A stretch of 64,000 nucleotides of DNA from Candidatus Latescibacterota bacterium (GTDB lineage: Bacteria; Latescibacterota; UBA2968): positions 5,120,001 through 5,184,000 of the forward strand of contig OZ242195.1 in NCBI GenBank assembly GCA_965205975.1. Direction: 5' to 3'. Below are positions 7,966 to 17,777 of this stretch, piece after piece. The first letter of the stretch is position 1, and the number at the start of each line of letters is the position of its first letter. The position numbers were made by a program, and so were the translations under genes. Below the pieces are notes generated by a model. The model was not told the DNA's origin. It ran no database searches and saw only the letters and a program-made list of their open reading frames with translations.

Positions 7966-8586
7966 CTATTCGCCACAAATTGCCTCGGAAATGCCGTCTA
8001 AAATATACGGGCGATACTTGCTAAACCTCAGACGGGGATGAAACCATGTGCCTTCGGGATCTGCTGTGCCGGGGATCGAGACCATGCTGGTCAGATCAAT
8101 TCTGGACAATGTCGCCTCTCCCAAAAACCATTCTGCAATTTGTCTGGCTGTGCGATTTGGCCGACCATTTTCGATGGGAATTTCCCTGTCCATAGGAAAA
8201 AATAGCGCGCCATCTCTCAACGCAGATACATCGTTTTGATATGTCTGTGCGGCTTCGGTTATTTGACCGGGTTCCGGTATGACGACACCTGTTACACACG
8301 CAATGTCCTCTTTGGACACCACGTCGCTAAATAGCGTGCGAATGCGATTTTGCAGCCCGCCATAGTCATTTAAAAGATGTGATGACCGGGGGTTCACGCC
8401 AGCTTGAAGAAGGCCCAGTGTATTGTAGCGCGAACACTCGGATACAAAATCGTCTTCGTTGTCAAACAGTCCCACGCCAATCAGATTTTCGTCATCCATC
8501 ACATTGAGTTGCGTGAGGCCCAAATCTGGTTTGTGCTGAAGCAAATCGTAAAAACGTCGCACATCCCGTTCGTGAAAACGCTTCAT
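7966..8586 (-). CDS. Hypothetical protein, possibly a degenerate RepB/AEP primase-like domain
   Basis: 206 aa; AGVNPR and IDL..MVSIPGT motifs; ATGA-coupled to argH. Confidence 0.55.
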   Translation of the reverse strand: MKRFHERDVRRFYDLLQHKPDLGLTQLNVMDDENLIGVGLFDNEDDFVSECSRYNTLGLLQAGVNPRSSHLLNDYGGLQNRIRTLFSDVVSKEDIACVTGVVIPEPGQITEAAQTYQNDVSALRDGALFFPMDREIPIENGRPNRTARQIAEWFLGEATLSRIDLTSMVSIPGTADPEGTWFHPRLRFSKYRPYILDGISEAICGE

Positions 8587-9992
8587 CCAGACGCCTCTCC
8601 ATCGGTCAGCAAACGCCGTCCTGCTTCGATCTGTCTCAAAACAGAGTCGCGTCCTGTTCCGCCATCCAGATTGCGCTGTGCTGTACTGGCTTCTGCGGAC
8701 AAAATTTCTTGTACATCGGTGTCGAATACCTCAGATGCAGCGCGCAATGTCGGCAGGTCCAATTCTTCCAATTTTTGTCCGCGCGCCAGAGCGGTTTTTA
8801 CCAGTTCGCCAACGATGCGGTGACACCGGCGAAACGGTACGCCTTTTCGCGCCAGATAGTCGGCCAGATCGGTGGCTAAGATGGTGCCGTCTATGGCATT
8901 GGCCATCCGCTCGCCTTTAATTTTCATGGTCTGCCATACACCTGCAAAGACCGATAGGGACATCTGCACGGTTTCTGCGGTGTCAAAGACGGGTTCTTTG
9001 TCTTCTTGCATATCTTTGGCATAAGCCAGCGATACGCCCTTCATCACGGTGAGCAGAGACATCAGATTGCCGTACACGCGTCCTGTTTTGCCGCGTACCA
9101 GTTCCAGTGAATCGGGGTTCTTTTTTTGCGGCATCATGCTCGATCCGGTGCTGAAGGCGTCGTCCAGTTCGACAAACCCAAATTCAGAAGACGACCAGAT
9201 AATCAGGTCTTCGCAGAATCGGCTCAAGTGTGCCATCAAGATGGATGATGCCGATAAGTATTCGAGGAAATAATCGCGATCACTGACTGCATCGATGCTG
9301 TTTTCAGTGATGCGATCAAACCCCAGTTCCTCGCGCAAAAATTCTCGGTCAATCGGATACGCACTTCCCGCCAGTGCGCCCGATCCGAGGGGCATGGCAT
9401 TTGCGCGTTTCCAGCAGTCTTCAAATCGCGAGCGGTCGCGCGCCAACATCCAGAACAGGGCCATGGCATAATGCGAGAATCGGATCGGTTGTGCCTGTTG
9501 GACGTGCGTGTATCCCGGCATCAGGGTATCGAGGTGTGTTTCGGCAACGTCTAATATTACGCCCATTAACTGCTCGATTTGCGCGAGGGTGTTGGCGATT
9601 GTTTCGCGCAAGAACAGGCGTTCGTCCAGGGCGACTTGATCGTTGCGGCTGCGTCCCGTGTGGATTTTTGCGCCGGCATCGCCGATCAGTTCCGTCAAGC
9701 GCTTTTCCACTGCCGTGTGTATGTCTTCCAGATCATCCGTCAATGGCAAGGTGCCTGCGTCGAGTTCACGCTCCACGCGATTTAGACCTTTGAGGACCTG
9801 TTCCAGTTCCTGTTTTGTTAAGATACCCATTCGGGCCAATGCGCGGGCTTGCGCTCGGCTGCCTTCAATATCCATTTTGTACAGACGCCGATCAAAACCA
9901 ATGGATGCATTGAACTTTTCCATTAGTTTTTCAGTCGATCCCGCAAATCGCCCTCCCCAGAGCTTTTCGGATGATTTCGATGATTTATTCAT
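8583..9992 (-). CDS. argH: Argininosuccinate lyase
   Basis: KLWGGRF, HTGRSRNDQV, STGSSMMPQKKNPDSLE signature. Confidence 0.97.
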   Translation of the reverse strand: MNKSSKSSEKLWGGRFAGSTEKLMEKFNASIGFDRRLYKMDIEGSRAQARALARMGILTKQELEQVLKGLNRVERELDAGTLPLTDDLEDIHTAVEKRLTELIGDAGAKIHTGRSRNDQVALDERLFLRETIANTLAQIEQLMGVILDVAETHLDTLMPGYTHVQQAQPIRFSHYAMALFWMLARDRSRFEDCWKRANAMPLGSGALAGSAYPIDREFLREELGFDRITENSIDAVSDRDYFLEYLSASSILMAHLSRFCEDLIIWSSSEFGFVELDDAFSTGSSMMPQKKNPDSLELVRGKTGRVYGNLMSLLTVMKGVSLAYAKDMQEDKEPVFDTAETVQMSLSVFAGVWQTMKIKGERMANAIDGTILATDLADYLARKGVPFRRCHRIVGELVKTALARGQKLEELDLPTLRAASEVFDTDVQEILSAEASTAQRNLDGGTGRDSVLRQIEAGRRLLTDGEASG

Positions 9993-10002
9993 AGTATTGT
10001 AC

Positions 10003-11241
10003 CTACAAAGCACTTTGTCCCGATGCGTGTTGGGCTTTTGCGCCGACGCCGAGTACGTTTAGGAAGCCTTCGGAATCGCGATGGTCGTAGTCGCCCACGT
10101 CTTCCATTGAGGCGGTTTCTTCGGAATAGAGAGAGTTCGGCACATTTTCCGATGACTGAAATAGTACCGTGCCTTTGTATGCGGCGACTGTGATTGTGCC
10201 CGTCAATAATTTTGCCACGGGTGCGAGCGCGCCCTGCATCATTTGAGTGGATAGATCGCAGTAATATCCCTGGTAGATTTGTTCGGCGAGGGATGAAGAA
10301 ATCGAATCGTAGAATTTTCGCGCGCGTCTGTCCAGAACTTGTTGGAGCAAGAACTCGTAACACGTGCCGAGCAGGCAAAGCCCCGGGCTTTCATATACGC
10401 CGCGCGATTTGATGCCGACAAAGCGGTTTTCCACGGTGTGAATCCCAATGCCTACGCCGTTTCGCCCGCCTATTTCATTGGCTTTCAGGATTGCGATTAC
10501 AGAATCGGTATCCGTACCATTGATTTGCACCGGGCGGCCCGCGTCTATTCTGACGGTAAATGATTCGGGCTTATCCGGTGCTTGCGTGGGAAATACGCCC
10601 ATGCCCGGTTCGATAAAATCGGCTGCGACATCGAGGTATTCGAGTTTGCCGGCTTCGTGTGTTAAGCCCAAAAAGTTGGCGTCGGTAGAATACGGTTTGT
10701 CATACGTGGCCGTAATTGGCAAATTGTGTGCATTGCAAAAGTCGATCATTTCTTTGCGCCCGCCAAATATGTCGAGAAATGCGGGGTCTCGCCAGGGGGC
10801 ATATACGGTTACGCTGGGTTTGAGCATGTTGGCAACGAGTTGAAATCGCACCTGATCGTTGCCGCGTCCGGTTGCGCCGTGCGCGAGTACGTCGATATCG
10901 CGTCGGTCCATTTCCTCCAATAATCCCCGCGTGGTGACATATCGCGCGATGCCGGTTGTATTCCAATATCCGCCTTCGTAACGCGCTTGTCCAATCAGCA
11001 TTGCAATACCCGCTTCTGCCAGATCGGTTTTTAGATCGATCAGCACGGCTTCACTTGCGCCACAGGCGAGCATGCGTTTGGATATGTCATCGATGTTCAC
11101 TTCATCGGGTTGTCCAATATCGGCGGTTAAACTCACCACGTTCACGCCGCGATCAGCCAGCCATTTTGTCACGGTGCAACTGTCCAATCCTCCCGATGAT
11201 GCAAGTGCTACTGTTTTTCCGCGCAGTTCATTAAGCGTCAT
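10003..11241 (-). CDS. argG: Argininosuccinate synthase
   Basis: SGGLDS, HGATGRGNDQVRF, ENRFVGIKSRGVYESPG. Confidence 0.97.
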   Translation of the reverse strand: MTLNELRGKTVALASSGGLDSCTVTKWLADRGVNVVSLTADIGQPDEVNIDDISKRMLACGASEAVLIDLKTDLAEAGIAMLIGQARYEGGYWNTTGIARYVTTRGLLEEMDRRDIDVLAHGATGRGNDQVRFQLVANMLKPSVTVYAPWRDPAFLDIFGGRKEMIDFCNAHNLPITATYDKPYSTDANFLGLTHEAGKLEYLDVAADFIEPGMGVFPTQAPDKPESFTVRIDAGRPVQINGTDTDSVIAILKANEIGGRNGVGIGIHTVENRFVGIKSRGVYESPGLCLLGTCYEFLLQQVLDRRARKFYDSISSSLAEQIYQGYYCDLSTQMMQGALAPVAKLLTGTITVAAYKGTVLFQSSENVPNSLYSEETASMEDVGDYDHRDSEGFLNVLGVGAKAQHASGQSAL

Positions 11242-11254
11242 GGTTTTTTCCTTT

Positions 11255-12109
11255 TCAGGTCTCGTCTAAAGCAAAACCCACACTGGTCAACATATCTATC
11301 ACATTTTCGCGTGCGTGTCGGATGCGAATATCGATTTCTTCAGCGGTAAAATCGCCACCTGTGCCGTTTACGCGCTCGATGACCACTGGACCATTAAAGC
11401 CCGCTTCGAAGGCCGTGGCAAAGATGCGTTCAAAATCCACATCTCCTTCGCCTGGAATGGGGAAGTTGTTTTCTGCTTTGGGACCAATGTGGTCTTTGGC
11501 GATTATTTTATACGTCTGGTCCGCTATATGGGGAAAATCGTCTTCGGGAGATATGCCTTCGTAATAATGGACATTTCCTGGGTCGTAACAGGCCCGCACC
11601 GAGGGCCGATCAATTTCGGGCAATAAGCGGGCCAGATGTTTTGCGGTCGCGGTATTGCCCGTATGCGGTTTGGGGGCGAGGATAATGTCTCGTTCCTGCG
11701 CATAGGTGCCCGCTTCTTTCATGTCTGCGATATATGCTTCGTGGGCAGCACGAAAGACTTCGGGCGCGAGTGGTTCATCGGGGAATCGCCGATACCCGCC
11801 CGCACCTGCCATCTGAATTGTTTCGGCATTAAGTGCCCGGCACACATCAATTCTGCGCATAAGATACCGCGCGTTATCTCTTGCTGGGGTGGATCCAAGG
11901 CCAATTACGACGGGGGTTAAACCCGCTTGCTCGCACAGGGTTTTTGTGCGATGTACGAGCGGACCATCGGGATCAAAACCGAGCGTGTCTTCGCCTTCGT
12001 GCGACCAGCCCAAACCTACGTAGGAATATCCCGAGCGGGCAACACCTTCAATTCCTCGTTCGAGAGGATAGTTTGCATAGGGCAGTGTGAGACAGACGAG
12101 TTTGATCAA
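11255..12109 (-). CDS. Sugar phosphate isomerase/epimerase (xylose isomerase-like TIM barrel)
   Basis: KPHTG, YDPGN, AKD, PGEGDVDF..IF, GPVVIE motifs. Confidence 0.85.
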   Translation of the reverse strand: MIKLVCLTLPYANYPLERGIEGVARSGYSYVGLGWSHEGEDTLGFDPDGPLVHRTKTLCEQAGLTPVVIGLGSTPARDNARYLMRRIDVCRALNAETIQMAGAGGYRRFPDEPLAPEVFRAAHEAYIADMKEAGTYAQERDIILAPKPHTGNTATAKHLARLLPEIDRPSVRACYDPGNVHYYEGISPEDDFPHIADQTYKIIAKDHIGPKAENNFPIPGEGDVDFERIFATAFEAGFNGPVVIERVNGTGGDFTAEEIDIRIRHARENVIDMLTSVGFALDET

Positions 12110-12127
12110 AAGAGGTCTCCACAGGTG

Positions 12128-12670
12128 TTAGTCGGTTTTCCGCGTGACAAATAGCGCGAGAAATCCAGGTAAAAAGGCAATGGTCCAGGAAAGCAACTTA
12201 TAGACATAATGCGGCCCGCCGAGCGCGTGACGGGTCCAGATGCCCAAAATCAAGAAGGCGAGACCAGAAGCCGCGGCGGCCAGGATACCCCGGAGCAATG
12301 TGCGTTTCAGGCTTTCGGAGATGGTGTTCACCCACCAGTGGAGCAGGGCTGCGAGTATCCACAGTTCCATCCACGAGACGACTATTGCATTAGCGCGAAT
12401 GAACGGGCGCAAGAGGTAATATCCACCGGCGGATAATATGCCAATGGCGAGGCCACCGAGTGTACCCAGCAGGATCGTTTGTGTCGTTTTGCCGCCATAG
12501 CCGAGGACAGCACCCAAACAGAGACACAACAATGCGCCGTGAAGGATGCCGGCAAACATGCGGTGTTTGATCCCGTGGTGCGCCCACAAGAAATCGCCCA
12601 GTGTGCTGAGTGCGGCGAGTATGATCGCGGCGACGAGTGCGCGTAATATTCCGTTGTATTGAACAGCCAT
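12128..12670 (-). CDS. Integral membrane protein (about 6 TM)
   Basis: Start reassigned to MAVQYNG (ATG 12670, AAGGAGGAG RBS); the longer ORF reads through the MITE. Confidence 0.75.
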   Translation of the reverse strand: MAVQYNGILRALVAAIILAALSTLGDFLWAHHGIKHRMFAGILHGALLCLCLGAVLGYGGKTTQTILLGTLGGLAIGILSAGGYYLLRPFIRANAIVVSWMELWILAALLHWWVNTISESLKRTLLRGILAAAASGLAFLILGIWTRHALGGPHYVYKLLSWTIAFLPGFLALFVTRKTD

Positions 12671-12683
12671 GTGCTCCTCCTTA

Positions 12684-12902
12684 GAAGTTGTTTTAAAATT
12701 AATAACTGGTGTTAGGCATATCAGGCGTTTTGTCATGCTGAGCGTAGCCGAAGCATCTTTTCCACCTGCGTCAGTAGCAGATGAACTGCCCTGAGATGCG
12801 GGCAGTTGTACCCCGTTCCTTCGACTCCGCTGCGCTCCGCTCAGAATGACAGGGCAATAGCGCATCGCCGAGAAGGGGCAAAATGAGTTTTAAAACAGTC
12901 TC
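12684..12902. mobile_element. MITE-like non-autonomous element with imperfect terminal IRs and TTA target duplication
   Basis: Left TTA|GAAGTTGTTTTAAAA; right TTTTAAAACAGTCTC|TTA; no coding capacity; contains a nested palindrome doublet. Confidence 0.6.
12731..12851. repeat. GTCA-type palindromic REP doublet nested in the MITE
   Basis: TGTCATGCTGAGCG...CGCTCAGAATGACA inverted ends, with an internal hairpin AACTGCCC/GGGCAGTT. Confidence 0.75.
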
Positions 12903-12908
12903 TTAGAT

Positions 12909-14300
12909 TTATTCCCGATACACGGGGTTGGGCGTGGGTATCACAGCGCCGGTGTCTGTCAAGAATTGGTCGATAAGGTCATTCAATTCAGATACGCGAT
13001 CGGGGTATTCATCCGCCAGATTATTTGTTTCGCCAATGTCTTCCGATAGGTTGTAAAGTTCTACGCGGTCAGTCTGGTCGTCGTTGTCGCAATAGAATCG
13101 GATGAGTTTCCAATCGCCTTTGCGAACATAAGTCGATGGCAGGCCATCTGCTGCCGGCGTATAGTGCGGAAAGTGGCAGAAAATGGTGTCCCGCGCAAGG
13201 GGTTCGCCGCGAAGCGCGGGGGCAAAACTGATGCCGTCAACCGATGCAGGTGCTTCGAGGCCGCAGAGTTCGGTCAGTGTGGGAAAGAAATCGATGCTTT
13301 GTACGATTGCCTGATCGTTGCGGCTGCCCGCTTCTATATGACCGGGCCACGCGACAATCAGGGGTTCGCGGGTGCCGCCTTCATAGATATTTGCCTTTCC
13401 GCCTCTCAGGGGCGCGTTGCTCGTGATGGGTACATCGATATAATCGGGATGGACATTGTCTGTCGCGCTCCAGTGTACTCCGCCATTGTCCGAAAAGAAG
13501 ATTACGATGGTATTGTCTAAAATTCCCTCTTCTTCAAGTGTTCCCATTAATTGTCCTACTGCATCATCCATTGTCTCAACCATGGCTGCGTAAACGGGAT
13601 TGTGCTGGGGATATTCGAGATCGACTTCTTGCGCGTATTTTTCTATTACATCCTGTTTGGCGTGCCAGGGAGAATGTACGGAAAATTGCCAGAAATGGAG
13701 ATAAAAAGGTGTGTCTTTGTTTTCGCGAATAAATTCAATGGCTTCCAGTGCCATGCGGTCTTCCAGGTGCTCGCCGGGTTCGCCTTTGTTGGGATAGACT
13801 TTCCACGGCGCAAACCAGCCGTCGGCCAATGGGCTGGGGGCAGGTGTGTGCGGGATGTCGATGTCGAATCCGTGTTCAAACGGGCTATAAGGCTCTGCGC
13901 CCAGGTGCCATTTCCCAATGTGCGCGGTTTTGTATCCGGCATCGCGAAATACCGATGATAGGGTCTGGTATTCCGTGCTCAAGCGGGTGACGCTTTGTGC
14001 GATCAGAGCTTTGTTATGCGGCGGACCTTTTTCGCTTAAAGAGGATTCGAGTACAATGCGGTCCAGATGGCATCCCGGCGTTGTAATGCCAACGCGCGCG
14101 GGCCACAATCCCGTTATGATGCTCGCGCGAGTAGGGGAACACAGTGGGTTGGCGGCGTACGCATTGGTAAACATCATGCCGCGCTCGGCAAGGGCGTCGA
14201 TATTTGGAGTTTTGCAAAATGCGCTGCCGTATAACGACGTATCGCGCCAACCCAGGTCGTCTGCAAGAATGAATAATACATTTGGTTTGTTTTTTTCCAT
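12909..14300 (-). CDS. Sulfatase (arylsulfatase A-like, Cys-type)
   Basis: PNVLFILADDLG, CSPTRAS formylglycine motif, GKWHLG, FSDNGG. Confidence 0.96.
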   Translation of the reverse strand: MEKNKPNVLFILADDLGWRDTSLYGSAFCKTPNIDALAERGMMFTNAYAANPLCSPTRASIITGLWPARVGITTPGCHLDRIVLESSLSEKGPPHNKALIAQSVTRLSTEYQTLSSVFRDAGYKTAHIGKWHLGAEPYSPFEHGFDIDIPHTPAPSPLADGWFAPWKVYPNKGEPGEHLEDRMALEAIEFIRENKDTPFYLHFWQFSVHSPWHAKQDVIEKYAQEVDLEYPQHNPVYAAMVETMDDAVGQLMGTLEEEGILDNTIVIFFSDNGGVHWSATDNVHPDYIDVPITSNAPLRGGKANIYEGGTREPLIVAWPGHIEAGSRNDQAIVQSIDFFPTLTELCGLEAPASVDGISFAPALRGEPLARDTIFCHFPHYTPAADGLPSTYVRKGDWKLIRFYCDNDDQTDRVELYNLSEDIGETNNLADEYPDRVSELNDLIDQFLTDTGAVIPTPNPVYRE

Positions 14301-14314
14301 GAGACTCCTCTATT

Positions 14315-15460
14315 TCAGACTTTATCAATTCCCTCTTGGGTTTCGGCAATTAGGAGATCGACGACGGCGCGCAATGCCTCTATTTCAGTGGCATCCTCCA
14401 GGCGGCGGATGCGAAAGTGGTCAACCTGTCGGTCCGCACTGCTGCCGTCGCGGATGATTTCGGATATGCGGTGTAGTTCGTCTTCGCAGCCGAGTGCGCG
14501 GGCGTCTTCGTCTAACTGTTCAATTAGTCCGCGTGCGTAGTCGTCGATGTCCATGCGCCCGCCGTCGTGCGTATCCCCCAGAAACGCAAATACTCCGTAT
14601 CGCTGTGCAAGCCAGCGATTCTCGGCGATGATTTCGGTGCGCGGCTCGGAGGGCAGGGTGTCCGCTCGCGCCTGTCGCAGCAGCATGCGGATGAGGGATG
14701 CGTAGAGCGCGACAATGCATACTGCGTCTTCAACGCGCGAACAGGTGTCGCAGATGCGTATTTCTACTGTTGGATAAGCGTTGCCAGGACGGATGTCCCA
14801 CCACAATTCGCCGCCGTCTCCGATGAAGTTCAGGCGCTGGTAGTCTTCTACGAGTTGTTCGTATTCAACTTGAGAGTACAGGGGACCGGGAAGGCCTGTG
14901 CGCGGGAGGGCACTGAAGATGTTCAGGCGATAGGACTTGAAACCGGTGAGGTTTCCGCCGCTGAATGGCGACGAGGTGGATAGCGCGTGGAGCAGGGGTA
15001 GGTACCGGCGAAGTGCGGTCATGACGCGAATGCGTTCATCCGGGTTCCCGAAGCTGGCGTGGATGTGCATGCCCCCGATGAGCAACCGCCGCACGGATTC
15101 CTGGTACGTGACTGCAAATTCCTCGTAACGCTTTTGTGGTGTGGGCGTCTGTGCTGACCACGATGCGAAGGGATGGGTGGAGGCAGCTATCACTGCGGCA
15201 CCGTACTGTGAAGCGCCCTCAATGACTATCTGGCGGGTCTCCATCAGTGCTGTGCGGACTTCGGCTATTGATGTGCAGACGCGGGTGTTGGCCTCTATTT
15301 GGGAGCGCAGAAATTCCGTTACTACTTTGTGCGGACCGCTGTTCTTTTCGCATGCGGCGAGGATGCCCGGGTCGGGGTCAGCAACGAGGTCGCGGGTGTT
15401 GGGGTCAACGAGAAAGAATTCTTCTTCAACGCCGAGGGTGATTTTGAGGTCTTTATCCAT
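14315..15460 (-). CDS. ybdK: Carboxylate-amine ligase (glutamate-cysteine ligase family 2, YbdK-like)
   Basis: TLGVEEEFFLVD, GMHIH, LWWDIRP, PTVEIRICD, ENRWLAQRYG. Confidence 0.9.
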   Translation of the reverse strand: MDKDLKITLGVEEEFFLVDPNTRDLVADPDPGILAACEKNSGPHKVVTEFLRSQIEANTRVCTSIAEVRTALMETRQIVIEGASQYGAAVIAASTHPFASWSAQTPTPQKRYEEFAVTYQESVRRLLIGGMHIHASFGNPDERIRVMTALRRYLPLLHALSTSSPFSGGNLTGFKSYRLNIFSALPRTGLPGPLYSQVEYEQLVEDYQRLNFIGDGGELWWDIRPGNAYPTVEIRICDTCSRVEDAVCIVALYASLIRMLLRQARADTLPSEPRTEIIAENRWLAQRYGVFAFLGDTHDGGRMDIDDYARGLIEQLDEDARALGCEDELHRISEIIRDGSSADRQVDHFRIRRLEDATEIEALRAVVDLLIAETQEGIDKV

Positions 15461-15470
15461 ATTGGGCCTT

Positions 15471-16166
15471 TTATGCGATTGCTTCGGCCAATTCTGTAAA
15501 ATCGGCAACTGTTATATCTGCGCGATACGGGGAGTCTTCGTAGGGTAAGTTATAACGGTTCACGTACGCACCTCGCATACCGCAGGCGCGGGCGCCTACC
15601 ACGTCAAACGAGTTGGCCGATACCATCATGCATTCGCCCACTTCCAGTCCGAGGATTTGCGCGGCGCGGCGATATACGGCGGGATGCGGCTTGAATGCGC
15701 CCATTGTCGTTACGGAAATGACGTCGTCAAAATCCCACTGGATCCGGTTTTTCGCCAGGTGATCGAGAAAGGCAGGGTCGCCGTTGGATAGTCCGACGAG
15801 TTTATAACGCGCAGCCAATTTTTCCAGTCCCGCTCTGACTTCGGAAAAGGGGGATAATTTCTGCCAGCAGGCAAGGAATGTCTGTACTTCCTCCTTTGAC
15901 ATTTCAATTTTATTCAGGGCGAGTACATATACAAATGCCCGTCGCACGGTTTCCAGGTAGCCTCCGTGTCCGAGCATCATGATTGTGTCCTGAAATTGTT
16001 CCAATCGCTGACGATAACGCCATTGCTGCCAGAACTGTTCCGCTGTGGTGTCGGCTCCTTTTTTGCGAAGCATTTCGTCGATAAATGGCGTTAAACTGCC
16101 ACCCAGATCCAAAATCGTGCCAAATAAGTCAAATGTCAATGCCTGTACTTGTTCTAATTTTTCCAT
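15471..16166 (-). CDS. Haloacid dehalogenase type II
   Basis: FDLFGT, WRYRQ, LSNGD, FKPHPAVY, VSANSFDVVGA. Confidence 0.88.
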   Translation of the reverse strand: MEKLEQVQALTFDLFGTILDLGGSLTPFIDEMLRKKGADTTAEQFWQQWRYRQRLEQFQDTIMMLGHGGYLETVRRAFVYVLALNKIEMSKEEVQTFLACWQKLSPFSEVRAGLEKLAARYKLVGLSNGDPAFLDHLAKNRIQWDFDDVISVTTMGAFKPHPAVYRRAAQILGLEVGECMMVSANSFDVVGARACGMRGAYVNRYNLPYEDSPYRADITVADFTELAEAIA

Positions 16167-16277
16167 TAAAACCTCAGCTTTCTCTATTTTTATTTTTCAA
16201 CACGGACAATCAAGGGTTGATTCGCTATTGCAAATAGTCTATTTTTGGGATAACGCATCGCTTTTAGGATTGGACAC

Positions 16278-16511
16278 ATGCCAACAGTCATCATCAACGG
16301 ATACAAATTTCGTTTCTATTCTTCAGATCGTTTTGAACCGCCACATATGCATGTTATCAGTGCTGAAAAGGTAGCAAAAATTTGGCTACGCCCCGTATCT
16401 GTTGAGTATAATCGGGGATACCATCGCGCAGAATTGAATCAAATTGTGAAGCTTACCCGAGAAAACATAGAACAGTTAGAGGAAGCCTGGGATGCTTACT
16501 TCTCCAGATAA
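16278..16511 (+). CDS. DUF4160 family protein (TA-like pair, first gene)
   Basis: MPTV...GYKFRFYSSD..EPPHMHV...AKIWL. Confidence 0.85.
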   Translation: MPTVIINGYKFRFYSSDRFEPPHMHVISAEKVAKIWLRPVSVEYNRGYHRAELNQIVKLTRENIEQLEEAWDAYFSR

Positions 16512-16752
16512 AAAGACAGTTATTGCAACAAGCGTCCGTTTTGATGATGGTCTTCTATATGTCGCATTAAGCGATGGACGCGAAATAAGTCTGCGGTTGG
16601 ACAATATTCATTGGCTGGACTGGTTATACAGGGCAACCGATGAACAACGTGCCAACTGGTCAATAGAACCGGGCGGTTTTGCTATTTATTGGGAAGACTT
16701 AGATGATGGTATCGAACTTTGCCATCTCTTGAGTCTTGAATCCCTTTTTTGA
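16492..16752 (+). CDS. DUF2442 family protein (TA-like pair, second gene)
   Basis: LYVALSDGREISL...L..AT.EQRANW.I...G.AIYWEDLDDGI. Confidence 0.85.
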   Translation: MLTSPDKKTVIATSVRFDDGLLYVALSDGREISLRLDNIHWLDWLYRATDEQRANWSIEPGGFAIYWEDLDDGIELCHLLSLESLF

Positions 16753-16753
16753 G

Positions 16754-17764
16754 CTATTCGACAGAGCCTACCGGTATTTCCACTCTGCGACCTGTGCGAG
16801 CAGATTCATGGGCGGCGAGGGAAATCGCAATGGTGCGTCTGCCGTCGTGGCCGCTGGACTGCGGTTGTTCACCTGTTCGGATACAGTTTAAAAAATAGGT
16901 CATTTCTTCCAGCAATCCGTTGTTCCACTCATAAGTCAGGTGTTCGGGTTTTTCTCCCACCCGGTTGAGGGTGAGTTGCGCGCCTGTGCCACTGGTGATT
17001 TTTACTGAGCCTTCGGTGCCAGCCACGCCCAGTTCATAGCTTCCACCCGGATAAATTCTGCTGCTGCTTAAAGATCCGATTGCGCCTGAACTGAATTCCA
17101 GATTGATAAAGATACTTTCCTCTACGGTGTTATCCGACGCATCGTCGTATCGCATCACAGCCTGAACAGCGCGCACTTCGCCAGCCATCCAGGTGAGTTG
17201 ATCCAGTTCGTGGCTGTGCATTGAAAAAAGCCCGCCGTATCTCTCCCGATCCAATTGCCATCCCGCCACGCCTCCAGGTGCTCCTGTGCCCAATCGCACG
17301 GTATGCGCCATGCGCACCTCGCCAATTTGTCCTTCATCGATCAATTGTTTCATTTCGCGGTAGGCATTTTGAAATCGCCGCACATATCCGATCATTAAAA
17401 AGACACCGGCATGATCAGCCGCTTCAATCATGGCGTCGCAATCTTCAACTGTGAGTGCCATTGGTTTTTCGCAGAAGACATGCGCGCCTGCTGTGGCGGC
17501 ATCAACTGTAATGGGGCTGTGTACAAAATTGGGTGTTACGACGAGTACGGCGTCTGGGGATTGCGCCGATAGCATGGTTCGGTGATCGTCGTAAACCGCT
17601 GGTTGGGACGAGAGTTTGCCGGATAGAGCCTCTGCCGAATCCCGTTCATGATCGCAAACTGCCACCAGTTCTGCGCCTTCTATGCTCTCTACGTTGGCGG
17701 CGTGACGCGATCCCAGTCCTCCGCAGCCGACGAGTCCTATTTTGAGCATTTGATCTGACGCCAT
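16754..17764 (-). CDS. Gfo/Idh/MocA family oxidoreductase
   Basis: GLVGCGGLG, VTPNFVH, HVFCEKPMA. Confidence 0.92.
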   Translation of the reverse strand: MASDQMLKIGLVGCGGLGSRHAANVESIEGAELVAVCDHERDSAEALSGKLSSQPAVYDDHRTMLSAQSPDAVLVVTPNFVHSPITVDAATAGAHVFCEKPMALTVEDCDAMIEAADHAGVFLMIGYVRRFQNAYREMKQLIDEGQIGEVRMAHTVRLGTGAPGGVAGWQLDRERYGGLFSMHSHELDQLTWMAGEVRAVQAVMRYDDASDNTVEESIFINLEFSSGAIGSLSSSRIYPGGSYELGVAGTEGSVKITSGTGAQLTLNRVGEKPEHLTYEWNNGLLEEMTYFLNCIRTGEQPQSSGHDGRRTIAISLAAHESARTGRRVEIPVGSVE

Positions 17765-17777
17765 GTGGCATCTCCTC

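Noticed and set aside
12671..12865. 65-aa N-terminal extension of the membrane protein
   Set aside because: It reads through the MITE/REP; a strong RBS precedes ATG 12670
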